From an uncultured Candidatus Saccharibacteria bacterium (GTDB taxonomy: Bacteria; Patescibacteriota; Minisyncoccia; Ryanbacterales; HO2-45-13): 64,000 nucleotides of DNA. Of this stretch, positions 46,041 to 56,648 are shown piece by piece. Location of the stretch: assembly GCA_964354975.1 (NCBI GenBank), contig CAYHBS010000003.1:4086-68085 (forward strand), written 5' to 3'. The position numbers were made by a program, and so were the translations under genes. Within the stretch, counting starts at the first letter, position 1; every line of letters starts with the position of its first letter. The notes beneath the pieces were generated by a model that was given only the letters and a program-made list of their open reading frames with translations, did no database searches and was not told the DNA's origin.

Positions 46041-46995
46041 ACTTGTGCTTTGTGTGTAAAAGTCCCTCGCGCATTCCAAATGCAGGAGCCCACTCTGTCA
46101 GCTGTGGTAAAAGTGTTGAGGATATCCGTACACTATGTACATCAATTTTTTTACGAAGTTCCGGCCACGCTACAAATTCTACAGTCGTATCAAATATTTC
46201 CGCGATAGCAGCGGCAATGTTGGCCACAGCATAATGTTCTTGGTGCACGGCAAAGAATGTTTTTCCATAAAATAGCGGGTTGCCAATGGTACGGATGAGT
46301 ATATCGCACGCGTCTACAATATAGAGCACGTTACGCAACTGAGCTCCGTCACCGAATACGCGAAGTCGTTTTCCCGCGCGTGCTTCTTCAATGAAATAGT
46401 TCATAAATCCAAACGCCGGATCTTTCTTTCCATATGGTCCAAACAAATTCGCGAATCGAATAGTGGTGGTTGGAATATCAAACGCATTCGAATAAATATA
46501 GCTGTATTTTTCGGCGATACCCTTATGCGCCGAATAAATATCAAGCGGATGTTCCGGATGTGCCTCGTCGATTGGCTCATACTGTGCGCGGCCAATCAAC
46601 GTGCTGGAGGAAGGATAGATCACCTGCGCGGTGGGATGCACTTCGCGCACCAACTGCAGTAATTGCAAGTGCCCAAGTGCATTAATGCGCGCGTCGAGTA
46701 GTGGCTCTTGCATAGAAAAAGGATGCGATGTCTGAGCTGCAAGATTGATGATGCTATCGTGGTCGCGCACCAATGGACGTATGACTTCTGCGTCACAATA
46801 ATCCCCTTGCACAAACTCCACACGAGTAGAGAGTCCTCGAACGCGGGTAGCGTCACTTTGGAATTTTGGATCAAGCGAATCCAACACCGTCAACTTTTCC
46901 GGCGTATGCATCAGAAGATGTTCAACTAAATTTGTCCCAAAAAAACCGGCACCCCCGATGACTAAAATTCGACGAGACTTTAGCATATCCGTCAT
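46027..46995 (-). CDS. NAD-dependent epimerase/dehydratase (extended SDR)
   Basis: IGGAGFFG, NLAAQTSH, YSAHK, GDGAQLRN. Confidence 0.88.
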   Translation of the reverse strand: MTDMLKSRRILVIGGAGFFGTNLVEHLLMHTPEKLTVLDSLDPKFQSDATRVRGLSTRVEFVQGDYCDAEVIRPLVRDHDSIINLAAQTSHPFSMQEPLLDARINALGHLQLLQLVREVHPTAQVIYPSSSTLIGRAQYEPIDEAHPEHPLDIYSAHKGIAEKYSYIYSNAFDIPTTTIRFANLFGPYGKKDPAFGFMNYFIEEARAGKRLRVFGDGAQLRNVLYIVDACDILIRTIGNPLFYGKTFFAVHQEHYAVANIAAAIAEIFDTTVEFVAWPELRKKIDVHSVRISSTLLPQLTEWAPAFGMREGLLHTKHKYASQ

Positions 46996-46998
46996 ATG

Positions 46999-47439
46999 CT
47001 ACCAAGGAAAATTAATCATAGGATCATCGTATGGAATATGTTCAATAGGGGGACGCGCAGGATCATATGCTTTTCCTGCGTGATATAAAATACCCATTGG
47101 AGTATCTCCTAATGACTGATACCCGTGCGCGACACCGGGAGGAATAGCATACGCTTCGAGTACACTTCCACTCACCTGACACTCATACTGCTCTCCAAAT
47201 GTTGAAGAGTTCTTGCGCGCATCATAAAAAACCAATCGCGCGGTACCTTTGATGACTACCCACATTTCCCAGTACGTGTCGTGTATGTGAAATCCCTTAA
47301 CCACCCCGGGATGAGTTTCGCTGTAGCTCGTTTGTTTGATCTCGTGGAACGTGGGCTCCCCCTCCTTGATCAGCTCGGCAAAAAAACCACGCGCATCTTC
47401 GTGCTTCTGCACTGATTTATGGGTGAGGTCGTTGATCAT
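46999..47439 (-). CDS. RmlC-like NDP-sugar 3,5-epimerase (cupin)
   Basis: DARGFFAE, PGVVKGFHIH, YDARKNSSTFG, IPPGVAHGY, YDDP. Confidence 0.88.
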   Translation of the reverse strand: MINDLTHKSVQKHEDARGFFAELIKEGEPTFHEIKQTSYSETHPGVVKGFHIHDTYWEMWVVIKGTARLVFYDARKNSSTFGEQYECQVSGSVLEAYAIPPGVAHGYQSLGDTPMGILYHAGKAYDPARPPIEHIPYDDPMINFPW

Positions 47440-48373
47440 GAATGATGTGAGCGATTTGGTACGGTGCTTTCCGTTGCGACTCATAATAGGTGCGCATCAT
47501 AATTTCAGCAAGCACGCCCATAACCACGAGTTGCACACCGACGATCACAAGTAGTGCAGATAAAATCGGCAACGGAGTTGAAACAAACGTGTGCAGTCCC
47601 GAAAGTCTAAAATAAATAGCTACACTCCCTGCGATTCCCCCAAGTAGTAACGACACAAATCCAATACCACCAAAAAAGTGCATAGGACGATTCAGATACC
47701 GCGTGAGAAATTTAATCAACAATAAATCCAAAATCACCCGATAGGTGCGCCCAACACCATAATTACTCGATCCGCTCATGCGCTCTCTATAATGTACAGG
47801 CACTTCGGTCACTTTTGCTCCCTGCCAAAATGCGTACGCGGGAATAAATCGATGCATCTCTCCGTAGAGACCAATACCTCCAACGATGGATCTCCGATAT
47901 GCTTTGAGTGTGCACCCATAATCGTGCAACTTGAGCCCCGCAATGCGAGAGATAATTTCATTTGCAATAAGCGACGGGAGTTTGCGTGTTATCCATTTAT
48001 TTCTCCAGCGGTACCGGCGCCAGCCGGAAACGACATCATACCCCTCTGTAATAAGCGCAAGTAATTTTGGAATATCTGAAGGATCATTTTCCAAGTCACT
48101 GTCGATCGTAACCACAATGTCCCCTGACGAATGAGTGATCCCAGCTGACAATGCGGCAGTTTGTCCAAAATTGCGCGTAAATACAATCACCTTCACACGA
48201 CTGTCTGCGGTAGCAATATGTCGCAACGTTGTAAGACTTCCGTCACGTGATCCGTCATCAACCGCAACAAATTCAACCGCATCTCCGAAATGTCCGGATA
48301 CCGAAACCAACTCTCGATAGAGTTGTTCGAGATTTTTCTCTTCGTTATATACGGGGAAGATAATGGAAATCAT
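47417..48373 (-). CDS. GT2 polyprenyl-phosphate glycosyltransferase (ArnC/GtrB-like)
   Basis: PVYNEE, VDDGSRDG, RNFGQTAA, DSDLENDP, HDYGCTLKAYR, GEMHRFIP; two C-terminal TMs. Confidence 0.92.
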   Translation of the reverse strand: MISIIFPVYNEEKNLEQLYRELVSVSGHFGDAVEFVAVDDGSRDGSLTTLRHIATADSRVKVIVFTRNFGQTAALSAGITHSSGDIVVTIDSDLENDPSDIPKLLALITEGYDVVSGWRRYRWRNKWITRKLPSLIANEIISRIAGLKLHDYGCTLKAYRRSIVGGIGLYGEMHRFIPAYAFWQGAKVTEVPVHYRERMSGSSNYGVGRTYRVILDLLLIKFLTRYLNRPMHFFGGIGFVSLLLGGIAGSVAIYFRLSGLHTFVSTPLPILSALLVIVGVQLVVMGVLAEIMMRTYYESQRKAPYQIAHIIHDQRPHP

Positions 48374-49971
48374 GGCTTACGCTTGTATATAAGGAGGGTA
48401 CCTCCATCATTGCCCTCAGTGTATTTTCTTGGGTATACATTTTTAACTGTCTCAACAAGCTGGAATTGATTATTGAGCATAGCACGAAACGTAGCAATGC
48501 GCGCATCGGTATCTTCCCCCTCCCCCCAAAATGGGTTCCTGCGCAGTCCCTCGAACCCGGTTTCTTTATGTATTAACACCACATCGGCGTCATGTGCGAG
48601 CCAGTTATTCAGTATGTCCCAGTTATAAAACCCAATGCTGCGGATATAAGCGGTGTCTTCAGAATTTACGAAAAGGAAGTTCCGCTGCAGCAGCGGCGCA
48701 AACACTCTCCGATCAGCGAGAAAAGCGTGGTAAAGCGAGTCATCAAATGTTAAAATATTATCTTCTTTTTCCGTTAGCGCAGCAACATGCTCCGCACCAA
48801 TACGTACACGCTCAAGATCTGAAATATCATGTGGGTTCGCGATAATATCCTTTCGGTACTGCAATGTTCCATTTAACAGAATCACCGCGCACAACAATAT
48901 CATCGCGACGCTACGTTCAATCCGTATTGCTCGGTAGCTCACTACAATGAACAAGATCACAAACGGCATGAAGTAATTCGCATAATACACATTCCCTTCG
49001 AGCTTCCAATAAAAATAATGTGCGCCCATCATGCTCATTGCGTACATCCAAATGAGCAACGGGATCTTGTGATCCCGCGTATATGCGCTCCGGCGCATGC
49101 CATGTTCACGAATTATCAACACCGTTGCGACGAAGAACAGCAGCAAAAATCCATAATACTCACGCACAAAATCACTTAGGTTAGTGATAAACGAATCAAA
49201 GGTCTGCGCGAGTGTGGAAGCTTGCAACTGACTCATGATGCCTACGCTGACAATCGGACTCACTACGTCGCTCAGCGCAACGGTGGGGTTATAACGAATT
49301 ATGGGAATATATCCGAGCACAACAACAACGATAACTATGGCTGCCCACAAAGCAACGCTGCGGGCGTGGTACCTAGCCACTATCTGAAACAACAAATATG
49401 CTAGGAGTGCGGGTAAAAAATTGATACGCGAAAGCAATAGGAGTCCGAAGAGTAATCCGTTGAGCAGTGCTTTGTAGTTACGACGAATATCAATCAGTTC
49501 CACTACGACAGTGAGCATGAGTAGCAATGTTGCGAGCGCATACATCGTGACAGTGATGTAATTGGATACAAGTAGTACATTCGAAACAAGTAGCGCAGCA
49601 GCAGCCGCGGCCGCGCGTTTACCAGAAAGCCGGGCAGCTACCCACAACATCACTGCATACAGCATCACAAAAAAACAAGCAGCCAGTATGCGCCCCGCGT
49701 AGATGCTTGGACCAAACAAATACTGCACATACCCAAACGTCGGAATCACAAACGGAGGGTATGACATAATACTGTCCACATATGGCACAAACTCCCCTGT
49801 CAGTATGAGATAGCTCTTGAACGACGCGAGTATTTCATCTATCCATGTTTCGCGATAGACGAGGAGCACTGCAGACTCAATCATCAGCACTGCGCTTGCT
49901 ACGATGATAATGATTTCATCGATGTACTTGTGAAGTAAAACGAACCTCTGAGTGTGTCGTGCCACATTCAT
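48370..49971 (-). CDS. GT-C fold (ArnT/PMT-like) membrane glycosyltransferase
   Basis: WIDE after TM1, YPP, IYAGR, ~11 TMs; adjacent to GT2. Confidence 0.65.
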   Translation of the reverse strand: MNVARHTQRFVLLHKYIDEIIIIVASAVLMIESAVLLVYRETWIDEILASFKSYLILTGEFVPYVDSIMSYPPFVIPTFGYVQYLFGPSIYAGRILAACFFVMLYAVMLWVAARLSGKRAAAAAAALLVSNVLLVSNYITVTMYALATLLLMLTVVVELIDIRRNYKALLNGLLFGLLLLSRINFLPALLAYLLFQIVARYHARSVALWAAIVIVVVVLGYIPIIRYNPTVALSDVVSPIVSVGIMSQLQASTLAQTFDSFITNLSDFVREYYGFLLLFFVATVLIIREHGMRRSAYTRDHKIPLLIWMYAMSMMGAHYFYWKLEGNVYYANYFMPFVILFIVVSYRAIRIERSVAMILLCAVILLNGTLQYRKDIIANPHDISDLERVRIGAEHVAALTEKEDNILTFDDSLYHAFLADRRVFAPLLQRNFLFVNSEDTAYIRSIGFYNWDILNNWLAHDADVVLIHKETGFEGLRRNPFWGEGEDTDARIATFRAMLNNQFQLVETVKNVYPRKYTEGNDGGTLLIYKRKP

Positions 49972-51365
49972 ACCGCAGAAAATAAGATATCAACGATACG
50001 CTTTCCGCTGTGGCGATCTAATGGACCGCAGACCGTATCTCTTAATTCCTTCCGTTTATCGCCGTCACTACTACCATCGCGTACATAGGTTTGAAGCGCG
50101 ACGAGCAAATCATCAAAGTTTAGAGCACGGTGCATTGCCCCAGAAAGTAATACTTCTTTAAAGTGATCCATTTGTTCAAAGCGCCGAATTGATTTGCGAT
50201 ACGGAAGCGCATGATACCCATCAAATGGAGTTGCAATGATTGGACGATCGTAGAGCGCCGCTTCAAGCACCATGGTCGTATATACCGCGAGCACAACATC
50301 CGCGTGGCGCAGGATATTCGTAAAATAGATGCTCCTGTCAAGATCTCCCCAAAATTCTTTCTCATAAATACGTACTCGAGGGTGATCTTTAAAGGTAGAA
50401 AATTTAATCTCATCAATTGTGCGATCTTTTGTCCTCCCGCTGATATACGGTCGAATGACAATGTGCATCTTCTCCCCTAATTTCCCTTCATCAATCCATC
50501 TCAGCATCGTCTCAATAATGTCTGGTTCGTGTGGACAATATGCGCTCCCCGATATGTAGAGAATATATTTCGACCCGTCGGGCAAACCTAATTGTTGAAT
50601 CAGTGAAGCACGCGGTACCGCATACGATTCGTTAAGCATAAAATCGAAGTGTGGGTATCCCACAACCCGTATTGCTGACTGATCGTATGATTGGTGTTTT
50701 ATCGCAGCTCTGCCCACTTGCGCACTCGGCACTAATAATTCGTCGACATGAAATGGTAAATAATATTTATCGAGATGATCCCAACCTGCGGGCATACCGA
50801 TGGTACGCACGCCTCGTCTATACGCTTCTGCAAGTATGTGTATATCGAATAGCCCATAAATATGAGTGGAAAAAACGAGATCTGGTCGATACGTATCAAA
50901 CAATTCTTGAAAGGGTCGCGCCGCATTAACGCGAATAAACATCTGTGGCACAAAAATATTCCGAATCCATTGAGATTTTCCAAACGTCAACGCAATACAC
51001 TGCTTGATGGGAGCAAGATATCGCTTGCCTCCTGCGGCCGGTTCATCTGGTCGAGTCCCCATTGTGGCCATGAGCGCCGTCGTATGGGTGTAAAGCAGGT
51101 AAGAATAAAAAAAATGAAATAGTTTTTCGCGCAACCGCTTGGGATATTTTACTTCAGCGTACGTGACGATACATCCCGCCGCTGTAGCTGTGGTAAAAAA
51201 TTGTTCATACTTTCCTTTTCTGCCCTCCTCAAGGAGAAACACTACGCGCACCTGCTGGGAATGCTCCTTCACATGCACTACAAGTAAATCAAGAAAGCTC
51301 CCCGGGAAAAAACAAAGGTTACGAAACGCTGCAGAAGACGCAATAGGGATAAAAATTGTTTTCAT
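49968..51365 (-). CDS. TagF-like GT-B protein, paralog 3
   Basis: AGWDHLD, VGYPHFD, IRPY, TTMVLEAALYDRP, DRHSGKRI. Confidence 0.65.
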   Translation of the reverse strand: MKTIFIPIASSAAFRNLCFFPGSFLDLLVVHVKEHSQQVRVVFLLEEGRKGKYEQFFTTATAAGCIVTYAEVKYPKRLREKLFHFFYSYLLYTHTTALMATMGTRPDEPAAGGKRYLAPIKQCIALTFGKSQWIRNIFVPQMFIRVNAARPFQELFDTYRPDLVFSTHIYGLFDIHILAEAYRRGVRTIGMPAGWDHLDKYYLPFHVDELLVPSAQVGRAAIKHQSYDQSAIRVVGYPHFDFMLNESYAVPRASLIQQLGLPDGSKYILYISGSAYCPHEPDIIETMLRWIDEGKLGEKMHIVIRPYISGRTKDRTIDEIKFSTFKDHPRVRIYEKEFWGDLDRSIYFTNILRHADVVLAVYTTMVLEAALYDRPIIATPFDGYHALPYRKSIRRFEQMDHFKEVLLSGAMHRALNFDDLLVALQTYVRDGSSDGDKRKELRDTVCGPLDRHSGKRIVDILFSAV

Positions 51366-52741
51366 AGAGTATGTATGATTGCACGTGCAACACGTTCGGC
51401 GGACTTGCCGTCTGTCATATAACATTGCTCTTGAACAATACGCGCCCTCCCCTCACGCAGCATTGCAGGAACCTGCAATGCATCGTTGAGCGCAGTAACC
51501 ATTTCGTCGGCAGAATGCACAATAGCAATACCATTCAGTGTACGGATCTTTGCAAGATGATTCCAGTCAAAAAAACGTCGCGCAGAATTCCAGTATGGCC
51601 GCCGCAAAGCGCCATCAAACGCAACGCCGACAATCGGCTTATCCAATATTGCTGCTTCAATAAAAAATGTGGAATACATGGTGACAACGACATCGGCGTA
51701 GATAAGACTATGATGCAAAAAATTTACTGCCTCGTCTGTAAATTCCCAATTATGCACAGTGTCAGCAACGTGCCCAACAGCTGATACAACAAAAAATCGA
51801 TATGCGGACCGCATGCGTTCCATGCGTTTTTCAGAGAAATCGTAGCGAGGATATGGACGAATAAGTACGTTGACGGACTCGCTGAGTGCGTGCGCCTCAA
51901 GAGATTCATGTAAGATGCGCAAAATATCAAACTCGATATCAAGCGCTGCTTTCCCTGAAAATGCGTACAAAATGGTTTTTTTACTTGGATCTGCGCCGAT
52001 ACTGTTGAGAAATTCTTCTCGCGACATTGTCACTCGGCCCGAAAAATACCGATCATATTGGGGAATGCCCGTGATACACACGCGATTCCTTGGAAAATCG
52101 CCGTATGTTGCAGCAAGTTCAAGAATTTCCGGTGTATGTACGAGCAGCGTATCCGGATGCACACGAATGATCGTCTTACTATATAGATTATCCCAGCTTA
52201 ATATCATACCCACTACTCTCACGCCTCTCCTCCGCGCAACTTTGGCAAGAATATGATCTTCGCTATGAATGACATTGGAACAATACACGACATCAGGATT
52301 GTAGCGATCCAGCAGCGAATCAAATGTATGATCGGAGAAGCGAGCATAACTCCAACGAATCATTCTTCTCCACCATGAAAATTGGCCTAAACAACCACAC
52401 ATCACTTCCACGGGATACAAGAGCAACGTACGAATCCCATTCCACGAAAAAGAAAAATTACTTTGAAATAGATAAGTGCGTTGCATGCGCGCTGTTCTAC
52501 TATGAATACTTGCGCGTTCAATGAATTGAAAGAATGTCTCCACCACGGGTCGTTGCAATTCTGGCAATACATCGAAGGTGATCGATGACTCGGGAAATTC
52601 CAAAGCGTAATACTCTACTTTTTCCTTTGGCACTAACACCACTAATCGATCCCCCGGTTGCTCAATGATAATCCTAGCTGCGTCAGTGCGCAGAAAATTT
52701 CTTACAAAAAATCCGTCGTGTATTGCCGTCAAAATTGTCAT
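51362..52741 (-). CDS. TagF-like GT-B protein, paralog 4
   Basis: LSWDNLY, TGIPQYD, IRPYP, STFFIEAAILDKP, DGKSAERV. Confidence 0.65.
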   Translation of the reverse strand: MTILTAIHDGFFVRNFLRTDAARIIIEQPGDRLVVLVPKEKVEYYALEFPESSITFDVLPELQRPVVETFFQFIERASIHSRTARMQRTYLFQSNFSFSWNGIRTLLLYPVEVMCGCLGQFSWWRRMIRWSYARFSDHTFDSLLDRYNPDVVYCSNVIHSEDHILAKVARRRGVRVVGMILSWDNLYSKTIIRVHPDTLLVHTPEILELAATYGDFPRNRVCITGIPQYDRYFSGRVTMSREEFLNSIGADPSKKTILYAFSGKAALDIEFDILRILHESLEAHALSESVNVLIRPYPRYDFSEKRMERMRSAYRFFVVSAVGHVADTVHNWEFTDEAVNFLHHSLIYADVVVTMYSTFFIEAAILDKPIVGVAFDGALRRPYWNSARRFFDWNHLAKIRTLNGIAIVHSADEMVTALNDALQVPAMLREGRARIVQEQCYMTDGKSAERVARAIIHTL

Positions 52742-53937
52742 GTAATGTATGTTGTAAATACGTCGTTCAATGCTTTCGCTTGTGCGGTGGACGTCAAACT
52801 ACGCTCAATAAGGGCTCTTCCTTCTTTGCCAAGTGCGCGCGCAACATCTGGATGCGTCGTAAGAAATGTCACATGCGCTGCAATAGCCTCGGTATCAAAT
52901 GGATCATGTAGCAATGCGTGCACTCCATGTGTTAAGACTTCGCTTGCCCCTGCAGTTCGAGAAACTATGACGGGCATCCCTGTCGAGAGCGCCTCACACA
53001 CTGCGATTCCCCACGACTGAATATGACTCGGAAACAAAAACACATCATGAGAAAGATACATGTCAGCAAGTTGCTCGTCCGATACCGCACCGTAAAACGT
53101 CACGCACTCGTCGAGTCCCAGCTCATGCACTAATTGTCTCAGTGACTGTTCATACGCACGTTGCTGCGCATACTCGCCTGCAATAGTCAGCGTTGCCTGA
53201 ATGCCACGATGTCGCAACAATTGGAGCGCACGAATTCCATCTTCGAATCGCCGATGTGGAAAGAAAATACCAAACAGTAATAACTTCGGTGCCGTGCGAC
53301 TAATGTTGCGTTCTCGAAATGGGAACGACTCGATTGTCACCCCTGGACGCAATATATGCACGGGAATACGGTACTCACTACGTGCCCACATTGCGTCCCG
53401 CTCGTCTAATACAACAACTGCATCCTGCGGAACGATATGTGTACGGATATCGTATGCGTCAATCATCCAATCAATCATTTTTTTGAGTCGCGACCTTTCA
53501 TCAATGATTCCTTGCATGCGACATCGTTCCACCGATAGGGCACGTGTTGCGGGATCATTCATGATCCATACCGAAGGAATATGCAGCCGTTTTTTTGCCA
53601 CTGCAGCAACGCGGTAGCTCACCTGATCGTGTGGATTGAGCAGATTAAAGCCCGCGGGTATTTTTCGGGCAAGTCGCGCCGGATTAAGAAATTCATTTCT
53701 TAAAAACGCAACAACCTTCCATGCTCTCCACGAGCCCTGGGTAGCGTGCACTACATTCTCTTCGAGTGTGGTCACCTTCACCGCAGCGGATATCTGAAAG
53801 GTATCATGTGGCTCGAAGTAAAAAGTGAAGATCTCCACCGAATGTCCAAGTTGCGTCAGGTGTTCGGCAAGTGTCAGTGCTTGTCGTTGCGTGCCACCGC
53901 GAATATTGAGTCGGCGCACAATCATCGCAATATTCAT
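52738..53937 (-). CDS. GT4 glycosyltransferase
   Basis: GGTQR, DVFLFPS..QSWGIAVCEALSTGMPVI. Confidence 0.88.
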   Translation of the reverse strand: MNIAMIVRRLNIRGGTQRQALTLAEHLTQLGHSVEIFTFYFEPHDTFQISAAVKVTTLEENVVHATQGSWRAWKVVAFLRNEFLNPARLARKIPAGFNLLNPHDQVSYRVAAVAKKRLHIPSVWIMNDPATRALSVERCRMQGIIDERSRLKKMIDWMIDAYDIRTHIVPQDAVVVLDERDAMWARSEYRIPVHILRPGVTIESFPFRERNISRTAPKLLLFGIFFPHRRFEDGIRALQLLRHRGIQATLTIAGEYAQQRAYEQSLRQLVHELGLDECVTFYGAVSDEQLADMYLSHDVFLFPSHIQSWGIAVCEALSTGMPVIVSRTAGASEVLTHGVHALLHDPFDTEAIAAHVTFLTTHPDVARALGKEGRALIERSLTSTAQAKALNDVFTTYIT

Positions 53938-54482
53938 TTGCGGAGTGTTATTTCAATGTTTTCTGCGGGAAATATCCGTGACCATCCTGTTGATTCATAT
54001 ATATACTGGTTCCGCGCGCTGTAGTTTACTATCCTTGAAACAATCGCATTATATAAAAACCATCTTGAACTGCGCTCGAACGTAATAATCTTTTTCACCA
54101 TCTTTGTAAACGAAAAATTGTGATAATATCCTCTCCCCTTTGGAGGATGCGTAGTAAAGAAATCGAACGTTCGAATAGCAAATATTTTTTTATGTGTGGG
54201 GTCTGTATAACTATTCTTAGAGGTAAAATGCGGAACGCGAATAGTAATAGTGCCTCCCGGCTGCAATATGCGAAAGATATCTTTGAGTACAGGAATGTAC
54301 TCAATGTGCTCGAATATATCTTGGCACACCACTTCGGAAATACTCCCACTTGCAAATGGTAGTGGTACCTGTTGCACATCGTGCACTATATCCACTCCGG
54401 GAAGTTGCGACGAGTCCACATTCACCCAACCAGGCTTGATGTCATACCCACACCCAAAATTTATTTTTATCGGATTATTCAT
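53934..54482 (-). CDS. Class I SAM-dependent methyltransferase (short)
   Basis: INFGCG, GWVNVD, IFEH, RILQPGG, VPH, DPTH. Confidence 0.85.
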   Translation of the reverse strand: MNNPIKINFGCGYDIKPGWVNVDSSQLPGVDIVHDVQQVPLPFASGSISEVVCQDIFEHIEYIPVLKDIFRILQPGGTITIRVPHFTSKNSYTDPTHKKIFAIRTFDFFTTHPPKGRGYYHNFSFTKMVKKIITFERSSRWFLYNAIVSRIVNYSARNQYIYESTGWSRIFPAENIEITLRK

Positions 54483-55567
54483 ATGTTGGCGCACACTGAG
54501 CGATATATATTCATATACGCTGCAATTTTACCATTCCAACCATTCCGCTCAGCCCACTCTCGTGATGCACCGGAAAGTTGTGTGTGAAGTGTATGATTTA
54601 CACAAATGTTGCGAATAATTTTGGCACATGCTTCCACGTCGCGCTCTGGTATAAGAAACCCATTATAGCCGTCTACCACCGCGTCTTCAACACCGCACTC
54701 TGTGCTGCCAATCACCGGGATACCGAACGCTGCTGCTTCAAGAAATACGAGACCAAATCCTTCGACATCGTGCCCTACATTTTGAGAAAGGAGGACAAAG
54801 AGTTCTGCATGACGATACCACGACATCAACGCCGATTCGGTATTCACATCGGTCAGTAGATGTACGCGATCTTTCACATGAAGCTGCTCTATTTTTTGTT
54901 CAAGGCGACTGAGCATTTCCTTGGAGTACGGACGACCTACAATTACGTAGTGCAAATCTGGAACGTACTCGGCAATTTTTGCAAATGCCTCGATGCTATA
55001 TTGATACCCTTTACGCCACCGAATGGCTCCCACACTCAACATATACCGGTACGGAAGAGGGGATATATCAGACGCAACTGCACGGATTGCCTCAGCGTCC
55101 ACCCCAGGAGTAATGACCTCAATATTGCCTCTCCCGCTTGCTGTTTGTGCCTTTCGTTTTGTATATGTACTGATTGCTGTAACCGCGCGGACGGACCGAA
55201 ATACATGACGCGCTATATATCTGGTTATCCCTGAGTATAGAGAAATGAGTGTGCCACTACCGACCGCGGTGATAATAATAGGTCTGCCAAGTCCAAAGGA
55301 AAGTATGTAGGCAATGAGACCGAATGGATATAAGTCAAGCGCATGGATAATATCTGCTTCACGAAAACATGCCCGTATACGTAACGCGTTTTTTACAAGA
55401 TCGCGCTTATGAGGTCCAAGATATGCAAAATGAGACATATCTCCACCGGGAACACTGGTGAGTACTACAGTATCTATCTGTTCTTTTATTCCGTGCACTA
55501 AATGACGCGTGAATACCCCAGCGCCATTATCATCTTGTACATTCAGTGCGAGTATGCAGACCTTCAT
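54479..55567 (-). CDS. GT4 glycosyltransferase
   Basis: SVG..RWRKG, EGFGLVFLEAAAFGIPVIG. Confidence 0.9.
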   Translation of the reverse strand: MKVCILALNVQDDNGAGVFTRHLVHGIKEQIDTVVLTSVPGGDMSHFAYLGPHKRDLVKNALRIRACFREADIIHALDLYPFGLIAYILSFGLGRPIIITAVGSGTLISLYSGITRYIARHVFRSVRAVTAISTYTKRKAQTASGRGNIEVITPGVDAEAIRAVASDISPLPYRYMLSVGAIRWRKGYQYSIEAFAKIAEYVPDLHYVIVGRPYSKEMLSRLEQKIEQLHVKDRVHLLTDVNTESALMSWYRHAELFVLLSQNVGHDVEGFGLVFLEAAAFGIPVIGSTECGVEDAVVDGYNGFLIPERDVEACAKIIRNICVNHTLHTQLSGASREWAERNGWNGKIAAYMNIYRSVCANI

Positions 55568-55571
55568 ATAC

Positions 55572-56648
55572 TTACAGCGTCGATATTACATCCCGTAGTG
55601 CCCTCGCAAAATGTTCCCATGAGAAATTCTGCACGCGCGCCTTCCCAGATTTCACCAGACTCATTCTCAACTGAGTATCAGTAAGTAACGAGCGCATACC
55701 TGATGCGATCGACGCAACATCAAGCGGATCCACAAGTACCGCGCTACCTTCGGCTACTTCTTTGAGCGCTCCAACTGAGGATGTAAGTACCGGCACACCA
55801 AGTGACATCGCCTCCAAAATAGGAAAACCAAACCCTTCCACAAAACTTGGATACGCAAGCATCGTTGCATTGCGGTAAAGCAGTCCGAGCTCCTCATCTC
55901 CCACCTGTCCAAGAAACTGTATTTTATCAGCGATGCCGAGGGATTGCGCTATGTTCTTACATTTCTCAGCGTATGTTCCGCCGCCGTGCCCAACTAAAAG
56001 GAGCGAGAGCTCAGGAAATTCTTTAGCGATGCGGGCATACCCCTGAATAATTCCGTGTACATTTTTTCTCTCCTTCAACGCGCCAACGAAAAGAATGTAA
56101 GGACTGCGCGTAAGCGCGTGCGTCCCCACGCTAATAGAGGGCTCGGTGTATCCTGGATAAATCACTGATATTTCGCTGGTTGGTCGAATCCCCAGACGAA
56201 TAATTTCATCTTTTGTCGCGCGCGAAATTGCAATCACGCGGTCGGCTTTCCGTATGGAACGCTGATGCACAAAATGGAGCATCGTGCGCACAAAAGTATT
56301 TTTGAATCCATGTGCTGGCATTGTCTGATAACTGAAGTCCAACACAAATACAATGTTTTTTTTGCGAGCATATACTATCGGCATCACCGGAGTCCAATAA
56401 ATATAGCAATCTGCTTGAGGTGATCTGCGTAACGTACGATCTACCCAGAGCCAATCATAATTAAATGAAATAAATTGACATTGATGAGAAGGATACCGTG
56501 CGACATCAGCAATAGGACGTTTCGAATAGATTACAAATGAGTGTTCGGGCGACGCGTTAATTAGCGCATGCGTCGCCGCGCGCACAAACCGCTCAAGCCC
56601 AGCGGGATGTGCTTCTCCGTATGGATGTACGATAATTCCAATGGTCAT
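55572..56648 (-). CDS. GT4 glycosyltransferase (mannosyltransferase-like)
   Basis: FVGALKERKN, YPSFVEGFGFPILEAMSLGVPV, FSW. Confidence 0.9.
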   Translation of the reverse strand: MTIGIIVHPYGEAHPAGLERFVRAATHALINASPEHSFVIYSKRPIADVARYPSHQCQFISFNYDWLWVDRTLRRSPQADCYIYWTPVMPIVYARKKNIVFVLDFSYQTMPAHGFKNTFVRTMLHFVHQRSIRKADRVIAISRATKDEIIRLGIRPTSEISVIYPGYTEPSISVGTHALTRSPYILFVGALKERKNVHGIIQGYARIAKEFPELSLLLVGHGGGTYAEKCKNIAQSLGIADKIQFLGQVGDEELGLLYRNATMLAYPSFVEGFGFPILEAMSLGVPVLTSSVGALKEVAEGSAVLVDPLDVASIASGMRSLLTDTQLRMSLVKSGKARVQNFSWEHFARALRDVISTL

